Shown here one piece after another: positions 1 to 11,169 of a stretch of 64,000 bases of DNA. Under the pieces are notes generated by a model. It saw only the letters and a list, made by a program, of their open reading frames with translations. It did not search any database and was not told where the DNA came from. The number at the start of each line of letters is the position of its first letter. Position 1 is the stretch's first letter. Made by a program: the position numbers and the translations under genes. This DNA comes from Candidatus Poribacteria bacterium (GTDB lineage: Bacteria > Poribacteria > WGA-4E > UBA9662): contig JAYZAL010000036.1 of NCBI GenBank assembly GCA_036339735.1, forward strand, positions 96,001-160,000. The letters run 5' to 3'.

Positions 1-800
1 TGGGTTTGAAATTAGTTCTCACACGAACTGATATGTCAACTGCATTAGACGGTTTAACAGAAGTTGACGTAATTTTAAATACCAAAATCTTATCAACTGG
101 TTTTTACCCTCTGGCCAATTCAAAAAAAATGTCAGCCAAAATTTCACTTCCTAACTCGAAAGAAGCGATCCTCACCAATCAGCGCCAGAGGTTAGTCTCC
201 CTAGGTAATCCTGGAATATATCAACTCGACGTTAGCACCCTTGAAGTACTACCAACAGTCACTCGAACAGAATTGGCAAAGAAAGTTCAGGGCGACCATA
301 ATTTGACAAAATTTCTCTCATCCAGTGTCTATGTACAATCAGATCACCCATCAATAATCCACGTAGCCAATACTGTAGTAAGAAATGAACCTATGGCTCA
401 TAAAGCTGCAAGTCAATTAAGTAGTTGGGTCTATGAAATCATAAAAAATAAAAATCTGCAGGTCGGTTTTGCTTCAGCTCTCCAAACCTTAGAATCAAAG
501 ACTGGTGATTGCACAGAACACACCGTGCTATATGTGGCATTGGCTAGAGCTATCGGATTGCCGGCGAGAGTATGTGCCGGACTTGTTTTTCAAAGTGATG
601 CATTCTATTACCATTTTTGGCCAGAGGTCTATATAGGTGAATGGTTTGCTACCGACCCGACCCTGGGCCAATGGCAAGCAGATGCATCTCACATCCAACT
701 AGCTGGTAGTATAATGGAGTCTGACTCAATGATCGAAATGGGTGAAGGTGTAATGCGAACGTTGAACCAACTAGAAATTGAAATTTTAAAAACAGAGTAA
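1..800 (+). CDS. Transglutaminase-like domain protein, probably 5'-truncated by the window edge
   Basis: GDCTEH, YHFWPEVY and DPT motifs (Cys-His-Asp triad); reading frame open to the window start. Confidence 0.85.
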   Translation, partial: GLKLVLTRTDMSTALDGLTEVDVILNTKILSTGFYPLANSKKMSAKISLPNSKEAILTNQRQRLVSLGNPGIYQLDVSTLEVLPTVTRTELAKKVQGDHNLTKFLSSSVYVQSDHPSIIHVANTVVRNEPMAHKAASQLSSWVYEIIKNKNLQVGFASALQTLESKTGDCTEHTVLYVALARAIGLPARVCAGLVFQSDAFYYHFWPEVYIGEWFATDPTLGQWQADASHIQLAGSIMESDSMIEMGEGVMRTLNQLEIEILKTE

Positions 801-818
801 GAAAAATGCCTAACTAAT

Positions 819-1616
819 ATGAAACGTGCAGCATTAGTTTTATCTGGTGGAGGTGCTCTTGGGGCTGCGCATCTTGGTGTTTTACAATCACTGACTCGCC
901 AGTATAAGTTCGATTTCCTCGCTGGTGTATCAGCTGGCGCGATAGTTACTGGTTTTTTTGCTTCGGGTTTCACGCCAAACCAAGTTTGGGATATTCTCCG
1001 ACAAACTCGCATTTTTTCAAATATGCTAGATCTAGCCAAAAATAATTTTGGACTAGTTGCAGGTAAGCGTTTCACCCAGCTGTTGAAAGAATATCTAGGT
1101 GACGTGGAGATCGATCAACTTCAATATCCACTTTATATTGGTGCCACTGATTTTAAAACCGGAAAAAATCTAGCAATGAATCGAGGGAAATTAATAGATG
1201 CTATTCGTGCGTCGATCTCAGTACCTGTTCTGTTCTCACCACATTATCACCCCTTCTATAAACTGTGGCTAGTTGATGGTGGATTAACGCAGAATTTCCC
1301 TTTGGATGTAGCTATTAATCATTATGAAGGCGACCACATTATAGGCATTGACGTCATTGGCCAGATCAATACGGAGATCAACTTTGGTCAGTCAAGGAAA
1401 TTTCCAATGGAACAGATTAGCAATATCCAGCTTGTTTTAGATCGATCTTTACGAATTATGCTTATGAATCAACAAGCTCAATCTGATGAAGATGCGCGAG
1501 TTCAGGTGATTAGGCCTCCTTTATTCTCCTACACAAGTCGTGATATTAACAAAATGGCCGAAATTTACCAAATTGGACTACAAGTGGGAGAAGAGTTTAT
1601 TCGTGATAACACTTGA
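819..1616 (+). CDS. Patatin-like phospholipase (RssA-like)
   Basis: GGGALG oxyanion loop, GVSAG nucleophile elbow, DGG motif. Confidence 0.9.
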   Translation: MKRAALVLSGGGALGAAHLGVLQSLTRQYKFDFLAGVSAGAIVTGFFASGFTPNQVWDILRQTRIFSNMLDLAKNNFGLVAGKRFTQLLKEYLGDVEIDQLQYPLYIGATDFKTGKNLAMNRGKLIDAIRASISVPVLFSPHYHPFYKLWLVDGGLTQNFPLDVAINHYEGDHIIGIDVIGQINTEINFGQSRKFPMEQISNIQLVLDRSLRIMLMNQQAQSDEDARVQVIRPPLFSYTSRDINKMAEIYQIGLQVGEEFIRDNT

Positions 1617-2394
1617 AAGTAAAAATATCATCATTGTAGGCGGAACATCTGGGTTAGGATTATCCGCAGCTAAGGCTTGTCTGAATGCCGGAGCCAGAAT
1701 ATTTACCTTTAGCCGAAATTCAGAAAAAGTCAATCGAGCACAAGAAGAATTGGGGAAAAATGCAAAAGTGATCAAAGGATCCGCTACAGACCCTGACTTT
1801 GTTGACTCAGCCATCGAGATTGCGAGCCAAGAGTTAGGCGAAATTCATGCTCTATACCATGTAGCAGGTGGTAGTGGGAGAGCTAAAGGGGACGGACCAT
1901 TACATAAAATCACTAATCAAGGTTGGCAATACACGATTGATTTAAATCTTTCGTCAGTCTTTTATTCCAACAGAGCTGTTGTTCGGCAATTTCTCAAACA
2001 AGGCCGCGGAGGTAGTATCCTTAATATGGGATCGGTCCTTGCCTTTTCGCCTTCTCCAAAATATTTCAGTACGCACACCTACAGTACTACAAAATCTGCA
2101 TTAATTGGTCTGACGACTTCCATGGCAGCATATTACGCATCAGAACAAATCCGGTTTAATCTAATTGCTCCAGCCTTGACGGAAACACCTATGTCGCAAC
2201 GGGCGACTACAAGTACCGAGATCATGACCTTTATAAAGCGAAAACAACCTCTAGATGGTGGTCGAATTGGGCATCCATCAGACCTGGATTCAGCGGTAGT
2301 TTTTTTCTTGTCTGATCAATCTCGGTTCGTAACCGGCCAAGTTTTGGCAGTAGATGGTGGCTGGACGGTTTCAGATGGACATGAAACACGATGA
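1603..2394 (+). CDS. SDR family oxidoreductase
   Basis: GGTSGLG Rossmann motif, YSTTK catalytic motif, VTGQVLAVDGG. In-frame GTG at 1603 preferred over the track start at 1540. Confidence 0.9.
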   Translation: MITLESKNIIIVGGTSGLGLSAAKACLNAGARIFTFSRNSEKVNRAQEELGKNAKVIKGSATDPDFVDSAIEIASQELGEIHALYHVAGGSGRAKGDGPLHKITNQGWQYTIDLNLSSVFYSNRAVVRQFLKQGRGGSILNMGSVLAFSPSPKYFSTHTYSTTKSALIGLTTSMAAYYASEQIRFNLIAPALTETPMSQRATTSTEIMTFIKRKQPLDGGRIGHPSDLDSAVVFFLSDQSRFVTGQVLAVDGGWTVSDGHETR

Positions 2395-2588
2395 TTATAC
2401 GCTGCTAATTTCATAAATCTTCAAAGAAATAAAAATTTCAACTCACACGTCATCAATATAAAGTTCAAGATAGTATGCAGTTCCTTTAGATTAGCCCATT
2501 GAATAGGCTATACATTAGGTTTTTCATCAATTATAACTGACAAAGAATAAAGTAGGGTGCCGTATCGGCATTATAGCTACAAACTCTT

Positions 2589-3434
2589 ATGATTTCTAAC
2601 TCTGCTAATCCTGAACATGTTACTGTTGATTGCCCGATATGCAAAATTAATGAAACTAAATTCCTATTTCGAAAGGATGATTTGAACGTGGTTTCATGTT
2701 GCCGGTGTCAATTGACCTATGTTAACCCACGTCTATCAGATAGGATACTCGCCGGGGGCTATAGCTTAGATTACTATCCCATAGAAAAACAAACGAAATT
2801 GACCGCTGATCCAATGGAATGGGCACAAATGAGAGAACGTTTAGCAGAAGTCACTACAAAAGTGGAGGGGCGCAAACTACTCGACTTAGGTTGCGGAATG
2901 GGGACCTTTTTGCATCTGGCTCAATCCGAAAATTGGCAATCTATTGGTGTGGACCTTTCTAAGGAGGGTTGTCAATTTGCCAGAGAACACTACGGACTTG
3001 ATGTATTGTGTAGCGATTTATTTGAAGCTAATTTTCCATCTAACTATTTCGACGTAGTAACGTTGTTTCATGTCCTAGAGCATGTACCAGATCCTAATTC
3101 ACTGCTCATAGAAATCAATCGTATATTAAAACCGGGTGTTGGACGTCTCGTGATCGAAGTACCTAATGGTGGTAGTATTCATATGAGGTTTCAAAAGGAA
3201 AGATGGCCTTATGTACATCCCAAAGATCACCTCTATTATTTTACTAATCACACTTTGAAACTGTTGCTACAAAAGAATGGTTTCAACCAAATCGAAACAG
3301 GGCGACCACGTCGAGTTAGTGCTAGTAGAAATGTAAAACAGACAATCAAATTTTCTATTCAAAAACCAGTCAGTGATTTGCTAGTTCGTTTAAATTTATC
3401 GACAGTGATTCGTTTGTATGCGAGTTATCATTAG
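2589..3434 (+). CDS. Class I SAM-dependent methyltransferase with N-terminal Zn ribbon
   Basis: CPIC...CCRC, LLDLGCGMG, FHVLEHVPDP. Confidence 0.88.
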   Translation: MISNSANPEHVTVDCPICKINETKFLFRKDDLNVVSCCRCQLTYVNPRLSDRILAGGYSLDYYPIEKQTKLTADPMEWAQMRERLAEVTTKVEGRKLLDLGCGMGTFLHLAQSENWQSIGVDLSKEGCQFAREHYGLDVLCSDLFEANFPSNYFDVVTLFHVLEHVPDPNSLLIEINRILKPGVGRLVIEVPNGGSIHMRFQKERWPYVHPKDHLYYFTNHTLKLLLQKNGFNQIETGRPRRVSASRNVKQTIKFSIQKPVSDLLVRLNLSTVIRLYASYH

Positions 3435-3620
3435 CTCAGAACCTTCAACTTGTTAGGCCAAAAAAAGCTATGCTATAATAGCCGGCCGGTTTCCGACAAT
3501 TCTGTTCATTATTAATACCCTAGCTCACTTCCTGTCCAATCCAGTCTTTTTCATTATAATGTTGAGTCAGGAGTCTTAATAATATTGGTCATTGGCCTGT
3601 TCTGTGGATAAAATAAAACA

Positions 3621-4733
3621 GTGAACCTAGATTTGCACTTTATGCAAAAAGCTTTAGATTTAGCTGAGAAGGGACGAGGTCGAACTAGCCCTAACCCGAT
3701 GGTGGGAGCTGTGATCGTCCAAAATGGTAGGGTTGTCGGGCAGGGGTTTCATGAAAGAGCAGGTACTCCTCATGCCGAGATTCATGCTTTGAAAGATGCT
3801 GGAAACAAAGCAATGGGTGCCGACTTGTACGTCACTTTGGAACCATGCTGTCATTTTGGCCGAACAGCCCCTTGCACATCGGCCGTTATAGAAGCTGGTA
3901 TTCGGCGAGTGGTAGTAGCCATGGTAGACCCAAACCCAAAAGTGGCAGGAAAAGGTCTGGATCAACTTCGTCGAGCGGATATCGAGACATCGGTTGGTCT
4001 AATGGCGGATGAGGCTCACAAGCTCAATAGTAGTTTTATCAAACATATAACCACCGGTTTGCCATTGGTAATTTTGAAAGCAGCTAGTAGCCTAGATGGC
4101 AAAATTGCTACCGCGACTGGCGAGTCCAAATGGATTACAAGTCCGTTATCGAGGCTTAAGGTCCACGAAATTCGGAATCACGTTGATGCAATACTCGTAG
4201 GTGTGGGAACCGTATTAGCTGATGATCCAGAGCTAACGGTACGATTATCTGACCAAGATAAAACTAAAGATCCTGTTCGAGTAATTGTTGACTCAAAAGG
4301 CAGAACTCCGCCCTCAGCTAAGGTTTTTGCACCTAACAGCTCGACTAAAGTTATTATTGCTACAACGAATCAGATTAAATTGGAACAGCAGCAAATATAT
4401 GAGAAATTGGGAGTGGAGGTCTTGTTGATTCCATCTAGATCAAACGGTCGTGTAGATCTGAAGCAGCTTATTTCGAAGTTGGGGCAGCGACAAATCACAA
4501 GCTTATTGATCGAAGGTGGGGGTGAAATTCATGCTTCTGCTATTGGTTCAGGTATTGTTGACGAAGTGTTTTTCTTCTTGGCCCCAATCCTGATTGGTGG
4601 TCGAGAAGCCCCCAGCCCAATTCAAGGTAATGGTATCAAACATTTACACGAAGCTGTACAACTCAAAAAAATGACCTGTACAACTATCGGTCAAGATTTA
4701 ATGGTTCACGCACAGATTGAAACTAAAAAATAA
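3621..4733 (+). CDS. ribD: Bifunctional riboflavin deaminase/reductase RibD
   Basis: TSPNPMVGAV, HAE, LEPCCHFGRTAPC, SLDGKIA, LLIEGGG. Confidence 0.97.
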   Translation: MNLDLHFMQKALDLAEKGRGRTSPNPMVGAVIVQNGRVVGQGFHERAGTPHAEIHALKDAGNKAMGADLYVTLEPCCHFGRTAPCTSAVIEAGIRRVVVAMVDPNPKVAGKGLDQLRRADIETSVGLMADEAHKLNSSFIKHITTGLPLVILKAASSLDGKIATATGESKWITSPLSRLKVHEIRNHVDAILVGVGTVLADDPELTVRLSDQDKTKDPVRVIVDSKGRTPPSAKVFAPNSSTKVIIATTNQIKLEQQQIYEKLGVEVLLIPSRSNGRVDLKQLISKLGQRQITSLLIEGGGEIHASAIGSGIVDEVFFFLAPILIGGREAPSPIQGNGIKHLHEAVQLKKMTCTTIGQDLMVHAQIETKK

Positions 4734-4747
4734 TACGATCAAAATCT

Positions 4748-5395
4748 ATGTTTACCGGAATTGTTGAAGAAATAGGAAAAATTAATCAAGTTTTAAGCCG
4801 ACCCGGTCAAGCAGTTCAATTGGAATTGGCTGCAAAAAAAGTAATCCAAGATGCGAAAATAGGCGATAGCATAGCTGTTAATGGCGTTTGCTTGACCATC
4901 ACGGATTTGAATCTCAAGAGTTTTCGAGCTGATGTGTCTCCGGAAACATTGCGCTTAACAAACTTGGCAAGCTTATCGGTTGGAGGGCAAGTCAATTTGG
5001 AGCGTCCTCTTCGTCTCAGTGATCGGTTAGGAGGTCATTTGGTACAAGGGCATATTGATGACACAGGAATAGTTACCGGATGGAAGGATGAAAGCTCAGC
5101 TTCTGTTATGAAGGTCAGTGTGTCGTCTGAAATCAGCCGTTACTTAGTCTATAAAGGGTCCGTAACACTTGATGGAGTTAGCTTAACTATATCTGAGTGG
5201 GAAGAAAAATCTTTTGAAGTCACCCTAATACCACATACGAAAGAGGTGACAACCTTAGGCCAAATACGAGTAGGCGATAGAATCAATATTGAAGTGGATT
5301 TGATAGGTCGTTATGTCGAACGATTTTTCAGTTCTGCAAAAGATACAAGTGAAATTACACTCGAGCTTCTCAGAAAAAGTGGATATGTTAACTAA
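4748..5395 (+). CDS. ribE: Riboflavin synthase (alpha type)
   Basis: MFTGIVEE start, GDSIAVNGVCLT, GGHLVQGHID. Confidence 0.97.
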   Translation: MFTGIVEEIGKINQVLSRPGQAVQLELAAKKVIQDAKIGDSIAVNGVCLTITDLNLKSFRADVSPETLRLTNLASLSVGGQVNLERPLRLSDRLGGHLVQGHIDDTGIVTGWKDESSASVMKVSVSSEISRYLVYKGSVTLDGVSLTISEWEEKSFEVTLIPHTKEVTTLGQIRVGDRINIEVDLIGRYVERFFSSAKDTSEITLELLRKSGYVN

Positions 5396-5451
5396 GTCTA
5401 TTGGCTTTGGAACTACAAAAACACAAAAAATAATAACAGGAATATAAAAAC

Positions 5452-6660
5452 GTGTTGTTCAATACCATCCCAGAAGGAATTGATGCCATCCGTCAAGGTG
5501 AAATTTTGGTTGTGGTCGATGACCCTGATCGAGAAAATGAGGGTGATCTGGTCATGGCAGCGGAAAAAGCAACACCAGAAGCAATAAATTTTATGGCCAA
5601 GTACGGTCGTGGTATGATCTGCCTGCCAGCTACCTCCCAGAGACTCAAGGAACTTGAACTGTTTGAAATGGTGTCCGATAATACTTCCAAAATGAGTACG
5701 GCTTTCACCGTCACAATTGATGCTAAAGAAGTCAAAACTGGAATTTCAGCTCAAGAACGTTCAATGACTATCCAACAATTCATCAATCCAGAAGCATCAG
5801 CTGATGATTTTCTGCGTCCGGGGCATATCTTCCCACTCAAGGCAACGGAAGGTGGAGTACTGCGTCGGGCAGGTCATACTGAAGCCGCTATTGATTTGTG
5901 TAAACTAGCTGGCCTGCAGCCTGCGGGTGTAATATGCGAAATTTTGAGCGAAGATGGTACCATGGCGCGAGCACCTGAATTGATTACTTTTGCAAAACAA
6001 CACAAACTCAAAATTATTACCATTGAGGACCTAATCGCTTATCGATTGCAAACGGAGACATTAATTCGCCGTACAGCAGAAGCTGCTTTACCTACAATGC
6101 ATGGTCAATTCCAGCTGATATCCTACGAAAGTACAACAGATGGGGAAACACATACTGCACTCCAGAAAGGCGAAATTTCATCCTGTCGTCCAACTCTGGT
6201 TCGGGTACACTCTCAATGTTTGACTGGAGATGTTTTTGGGTCTCTACGTTGTGATTGTGGTGAACAACTGGATCGAGCTTTAGCTATGATTAACCAGGAG
6301 GATGAGGGTATTCTCCTCTATATGAGACAAGAAGGTCGGGGGATGGGGCTAGATAACAAAATTCGGGCTTACCAATTGCAAGATCAAGAAGGTCTCGACA
6401 CTGTTGAAGCAAACGAAAAATTGGGTTTCCCTGCTGATCTACGAGACTATGGAATCGGGGCACAAATTTTGAGAGATTTGGGGGTAAGCCAGATGAAACT
6501 CTTGACCAATAATCCTAGGAAAATTAGTGGTTTACATGGCCACGGGTTAGAAGTTATTGAGCGAATACCCCTGCAAATAAAACCGCAAAAATTCAACCAG
6601 AATTATTTAAATACTAAACGTTCAAAACTTGGCCATTTGGTTTTAGAAGAACCAAATTAG
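5452..6660 (+). CDS. ribBA: Bifunctional DHBP synthase / GTP cyclohydrolase II
   Basis: [39 protein letters not shown]. Confidence 0.97.
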   Translation: MLFNTIPEGIDAIRQGEILVVVDDPDRENEGDLVMAAEKATPEAINFMAKYGRGMICLPATSQRLKELELFEMVSDNTSKMSTAFTVTIDAKEVKTGISAQERSMTIQQFINPEASADDFLRPGHIFPLKATEGGVLRRAGHTEAAIDLCKLAGLQPAGVICEILSEDGTMARAPELITFAKQHKLKIITIEDLIAYRLQTETLIRRTAEAALPTMHGQFQLISYESTTDGETHTALQKGEISSCRPTLVRVHSQCLTGDVFGSLRCDCGEQLDRALAMINQEDEGILLYMRQEGRGMGLDNKIRAYQLQDQEGLDTVEANEKLGFPADLRDYGIGAQILRDLGVSQMKLLTNNPRKISGLHGHGLEVIERIPLQIKPQKFNQNYLNTKRSKLGHLVLEEPN

Positions 6661-6692
6661 ATTAAACAAACAAAAAATAATTAAAAAGCTAA

Positions 6693-7184
6693 ATGAAAAA
6701 AATATACGAAGGCAATCTGGTTGGGACCGACATCAAATTTGCTATAGTTGCGAGTCGTTTCAACAATTTTATCACCGATAGTCTACTGAAGGGAGCTGAA
6801 GATGCTCTCAAGCGACATGGTGTTGATTTAAATAGTATAGACCTGTTTTGGGTTCCGGGAGCCTTTGAAATCCCGCTCACAGCCAAACTCGTAGCCGAAA
6901 CTAATCAATATGATGCTGTTATTTGTCTAGGTGCAGTAATTCGTGGCTCGACCGTTCACTTTGATTACGTTGCGGGTGAAAGTGCTAAAGGCATTACCCA
7001 AGTTGCGCTGTCTACCGGTATACCTTTAGTTTTTGGATTAGTCACTACTGACACCATTGAGCAAGCAATCGAACGAGCAGGTACAAAAGCTGGTAACAAA
7101 GGTGCGGAAGCTAGTGTTACTGCAATTGAGTTAGTCAACCTGCACCGACAGATTCGTCAGATCAAAAAATCACTACCAGAATGA
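6693..7184 (+). CDS. ribH: Lumazine synthase
   Basis: [34 protein letters not shown]. Confidence 0.97.
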   Translation: MKKIYEGNLVGTDIKFAIVASRFNNFITDSLLKGAEDALKRHGVDLNSIDLFWVPGAFEIPLTAKLVAETNQYDAVICLGAVIRGSTVHFDYVAGESAKGITQVALSTGIPLVFGLVTTDTIEQAIERAGTKAGNKGAEASVTAIELVNLHRQIRQIKKSLPE

Positions 7185-7792
7185 TAGCTATTGTCGACTA
7201 CAATGCTGGAAATGTGACCAGTGTACTTCGCGCTGTTCAACATCTTGGGTTTGAAGCTGAGATTACAAGCAATTTAGAACGTATTCAATCAGCTCAAAAA
7301 ATCATTTTCCCAGGTGTTGGAGCAGCTAAAGCCACTATGGCGGAGTTACAGAAAAGGGGATTAGACTTACTTTTGAAGGAATCTTTTGAGTCTGGAACAC
7401 CAATGCTAGGCATCTGTATCGGGATCCAAATACTATTTGAACATAGCTCGGAAGAAGATACAAATTGTCTCGGTCTCCTACCAGGTCGGGTTGAACAGTT
7501 TTCAGCTAGTCATGGCTACAAAGTTCCACAAATCGGATGGAATACTGTGAGTCAAGCAGAATCTCACTGGATTTTTTCAGGCATACCCGATTGCTCTTAC
7601 TTCTACTTCGTTAACTCATATTATCCAATACCATCTAATGATGAAATCCAGATTGGTTGTACACACTACAAAGTTGATTTTTGTAGCGTAGTTGCAAAAG
7701 AGAACTTAGTAGCCACACAATTTCACTTAGAAAAGAGTGGCACAGTCGGATTAAAAATGTTAGACAATTTTCTCAATTATTGTCCATATTAG
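7181..7792 (+). CDS. hisH: Imidazole glycerol phosphate synthase glutaminase subunit
   Basis: [41 protein letters not shown] overlap with ribH. Confidence 0.93.
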   Translation: MIAIVDYNAGNVTSVLRAVQHLGFEAEITSNLERIQSAQKIIFPGVGAAKATMAELQKRGLDLLLKESFESGTPMLGICIGIQILFEHSSEEDTNCLGLLPGRVEQFSASHGYKVPQIGWNTVSQAESHWIFSGIPDCSYFYFVNSYYPIPSNDEIQIGCTHYKVDFCSVVAKENLVATQFHLEKSGTVGLKMLDNFLNYCPY

Positions 7793-7816
7793 GAATAATA
7801 TAGTCATTTGTAGATA

Positions 7817-9406
7817 ATGTCGTCAGTACTCTTAGTAGGACTGATTCTTTTGATTAACCTTTTCCTCTATGGAGCTGAAGGCCCCCTAGTCGGATTTCGG
7901 AATGCTTATATCGCCACTCATTTGTATTATGGAGTGATGATCCTAGCTGGCCGTTTTTCGACGAGGGTCGGTCAATACTCTGTTTTTGCTTTAACTACGA
8001 TAGCGAACCTAGTTTACGTAGTCCTCAACCCTAACCAGTTTGAATTTGTAATCGTTGCTTTGGTCTACCCTTTCGTAGCACTCTCCATAGTACGGACGAT
8101 CTGGCGATTAAAAATAGAGAAGCAGAAAACTAACGATCAACTGGCTAATATTGATTCTGTAAATACAAATTTGGCTAAACAAATTCATAGTTTGTCCACC
8201 CTATTCGATATTAGTCAAACCACCAGTATGCAAAGTAAGCCATCAACTGGAAATCTGAAGATTTTGCTGGGCGAAATCACTCAGATACTAGCAGATAAAG
8301 TTGGTATTCATCGTTTGACTCTTCGGATTTGGACTGATAATCAGCTATCGGAACAAGTTTTAACAACTGTAGGCTTAACTACATCCGAAATTCGACGAGG
8401 TGAGGTCAATAATATTGAACAAATCTGCCAACACGTGTTAGATAACAACGAACCTGTTGCTATTTTACATAAAGCAGGGGAGATATGTCCTCTTCCAGAC
8501 TCTTGGCAATCAGAAGTTGCTGCTGCGTTAAATAAAGATCAAGTGGCTGCATGGTGTTTACCTATAAGAATTAATCAAAATCCCATTGGGACGTTAACTC
8601 TTGACAAAGCAGCAGAACAATTTTCGGTCGAAGAAGATTTGAGGATTTTAACGATCGTATCATCTATAGTGGCACAAAGAGTTGAGATTCAACAAATGTT
8701 TAATTCAGTAGTTGAAGCTGAAAGAATGGCTGCTCTGGGTAAAATGGCAACCACTATCGCTCACGAAGTCCGAAACCCTTTAGGTGGTATCCGTGGGGCT
8801 GCACAGCTGTTGGAATTGGAATTAACTCACTCTTCGGAGACCCAGTCTTATCTCAATATAATCCTCAAGGAAGTCGATCGGTTAAATCGGGTTGTAGGAG
8901 AGTTACTTGTTTTTGGTCGTCCTTACGAGTCCAATTTTCAGCAGGTTGATTTAAGACAAACGATAATAAAGACTGTGGAATTGTGCAAAACAGATTTGGA
9001 GAAGTATAGCATTGAAGTTGTCGAACTATTTCAACCTAATCTACCTCTGGTAGAGCTCGATCAGGATCGAATACAACAGGTGATTTTGAATCTTTGTCGA
9101 AATGCCATTGAATCAATGAGCGGGGAAGGACAACTAATTTTTCATTTAAATTCAGCAGATAGTAGAGAACAAATAGAACTTTGTATTGAAGACACAGGAA
9201 AAGGCATAGACGAAGACATCATACCGTACTTGTTCGACCCATTTTTTACCACCAAACCAAAAGGGACAGGAATTGGCTTAGCACTTAGTCATCAGATTAT
9301 GACCGAACACAGTGGGAAAATTAGAGTTGATGTAACAAAGACAAATGGTGCAGCGTTTATTATGACGCTGCCGATTAAACAAAATCAGACAAGTGGAGTT
9401 CAGTAA
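7817..9406 (+). CDS. Membrane-anchored GAF-containing sensor histidine kinase, NtrB-like transmitter
   Basis: Hydrophobic N-terminus; GAF-like region; H-box AHEVRNPLGGIRGAAQLL; N/G boxes NLCRNA, DTGKG, FFTTKPKGTGIGL. Confidence 0.9.
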   Translation: MSSVLLVGLILLINLFLYGAEGPLVGFRNAYIATHLYYGVMILAGRFSTRVGQYSVFALTTIANLVYVVLNPNQFEFVIVALVYPFVALSIVRTIWRLKIEKQKTNDQLANIDSVNTNLAKQIHSLSTLFDISQTTSMQSKPSTGNLKILLGEITQILADKVGIHRLTLRIWTDNQLSEQVLTTVGLTTSEIRRGEVNNIEQICQHVLDNNEPVAILHKAGEICPLPDSWQSEVAAALNKDQVAAWCLPIRINQNPIGTLTLDKAAEQFSVEEDLRILTIVSSIVAQRVEIQQMFNSVVEAERMAALGKMATTIAHEVRNPLGGIRGAAQLLELELTHSSETQSYLNIILKEVDRLNRVVGELLVFGRPYESNFQQVDLRQTIIKTVELCKTDLEKYSIEVVELFQPNLPLVELDQDRIQQVILNLCRNAIESMSGEGQLIFHLNSADSREQIELCIEDTGKGIDEDIIPYLFDPFFTTKPKGTGIGLALSHQIMTEHSGKIRVDVTKTNGAAFIMTLPIKQNQTSGVQ

Positions 9407-9416
9407 AAAAACTCAA

Positions 9417-10862
9417 ATGGAAGATATTAGAATTTTAATCGCAGATGACGATGATAGCATTCGGTTCGTGTTACAGAAATTGCTCGAAAAAGATGGCTTT
9501 TCCGTTGACACCGCTAAGAATGGTAGAGAAACCCTAGAGTGTTATCAGGCTCAGACGTACACAGTTGTTTTTTTGGATATTATCATGCCAGATGCCAATG
9601 GACTAGATCTGATTAACGAATTGAAGGATATAGACCCGAATAGTTCAATTATTATTATAACAGCGCATGGAGATACACAAACAGCTATTGAGGCTGCTAA
9701 GCGAAATTCCTACGATTATGTCACTAAACCATTTGATCGACAAGAGATAATTGATATAACCAATCGAGCAGTAGAAGCTTCTACTCAAGCTCGGTCGACC
9801 GTTCGGGACCAAAAGACGACAGGAACTCAACAATCCTCCGATAAAAGTAGAATTGTTGGACAAAGTGTTGCTATGCGCAAAGTTTTCCAAACCGTTGGCC
9901 GTGCTGCAGTTAGTGACGAAACTGTTTTAATTATTGGTGAAAGTGGAACAGGAAAAGAACTGGTAGCTAAGGCAATCCATGAAAACAGTAACCGTGATGG
10001 TTCCGATTTTATCGTTGTAGATTGTAGTGCTATTCCACCAAATCTTATAGAAAGTGCCTTATTTGGACATGTAAAAGGAGCTTTTACAGGGGCTGACCAA
10101 ACACATAAAGGAAAGTTTGAGCAAGCTGATCAAGGTACTATCTTTTTGGATGAGGTAGGTGAATTACCACACGAGGTACAGATGAAACTCTTGAGAGTTT
10201 TACAAGAACGAGAAATTGAGCCCATTGGATCGGGCCGTCGGCAAAAGGTAGATGTACGAGTCGTTTCCGCAACCAATCGACATTTGGATCAGGAAGTACG
10301 GAAGGGTGGTTTTCGCCAAGACTTATTCTATCGTCTCAATGTGATTCCTATATATCTTCCACCTTTGCGTGAACGTTTGGAAGATATACCTGCATTGGTT
10401 GATTTGTTCGTTTCTCGGTTTGCTGAAAACTATGGACATCCCAAAGTCCCAATCTCAGATAAGGTCATGGAAATGTTAGTCCAACACAGTTGGAGTGGGA
10501 ATGTACGTGAGTTAGAAAACTCTATTAAACGAGCTTTAGTCATGGGCTCTGGTAATGCCCTTTTACCGGAACATTTTTCTGACTTTGGAACCTCTGTTAC
10601 ATTTGATTCCAAGATAGATTTTGATTTACAAAATGCAGTTCAACAATTAGTATCTCATCAGGTCGAACAGTACTTAGATAAAAAAGAGACTGACCTTGAG
10701 TTGGGTAATCTATACTCTGAAATTCGCCGTGCGTATGAAAAACCACTATTTGAAGCAGTTCTGGATTATACTGACGGTAATCGCAGTCGGGCAGCTCAGG
10801 TATTAGGAATTAATCGTAATACACTACACTCACGTATTCAAGAATTATCGATCCATAAGTAA
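9417..10862 (+). CDS. Sigma54-dependent response regulator, NtrC/GlnG-like (REC-AAA+-Fis HTH)
   Basis: REC DDD/D/K, GESGTGKE, GAFTGA, FLDEVGE, WSGNVRELEN, GNRSRAAQVLGINRNTL. ATG 9417 chosen. Confidence 0.92.
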   Translation: MEDIRILIADDDDSIRFVLQKLLEKDGFSVDTAKNGRETLECYQAQTYTVVFLDIIMPDANGLDLINELKDIDPNSSIIIITAHGDTQTAIEAAKRNSYDYVTKPFDRQEIIDITNRAVEASTQARSTVRDQKTTGTQQSSDKSRIVGQSVAMRKVFQTVGRAAVSDETVLIIGESGTGKELVAKAIHENSNRDGSDFIVVDCSAIPPNLIESALFGHVKGAFTGADQTHKGKFEQADQGTIFLDEVGELPHEVQMKLLRVLQEREIEPIGSGRRQKVDVRVVSATNRHLDQEVRKGGFRQDLFYRLNVIPIYLPPLRERLEDIPALVDLFVSRFAENYGHPKVPISDKVMEMLVQHSWSGNVRELENSIKRALVMGSGNALLPEHFSDFGTSVTFDSKIDFDLQNAVQQLVSHQVEQYLDKKETDLELGNLYSEIRRAYEKPLFEAVLDYTDGNRSRAAQVLGINRNTLHSRIQELSIHK

Positions 10863-10879
10863 GCATAGGTGAAAAGACT

Positions 10880-11161
10880 ATGGACATGGGAAAAGTTATT
10901 GGAACAGTGGTAGCCACACAAAAAGACCCGACACTGGTTGGTATGCGTCTTCTAGTTGTGCAACCAATCACCGCAACAGGAAAAGCAACTGGAACTGCTC
11001 AGGTCGCCGTTGATACGGAAGGCCTAGCCGGAGTTGGTGATTTGGTTTATACGGTCACTGGTGGAGACGCGAGTTTTTCTCACCCGGAACGAGAAATGCC
11101 TACTGACGCAGCCATCGTAGGTCTGGTTAATACTATTTGTGTGACAGATTTGAACACTTAA
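10880..11161 (+). CDS. EutN/CcmL family microcompartment vertex (BMC-P) protein
   Basis: GKVIGTVVATQKD, LLVVQP, VAVD..GLAGVGDLV, DAAIVGLV. Confidence 0.92.
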   Translation: MDMGKVIGTVVATQKDPTLVGMRLLVVQPITATGKATGTAQVAVDTEGLAGVGDLVYTVTGGDASFSHPEREMPTDAAIVGLVNTICVTDLNT

Positions 11162-11169
11162 TAGCCAAA

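Noticed and set aside
1-1616. Patatin as an antiphage effector (CBASS-like)
   Set aside because: No cyclase or other defence genes nearby; looks like a housekeeping RssA-type lipase
3435-3620. Possible FMN riboswitch upstream of ribD
   Set aside because: RFN consensus blocks (AGGGC.GGGTGAAATTCCC.ACCG.CGG) are absent
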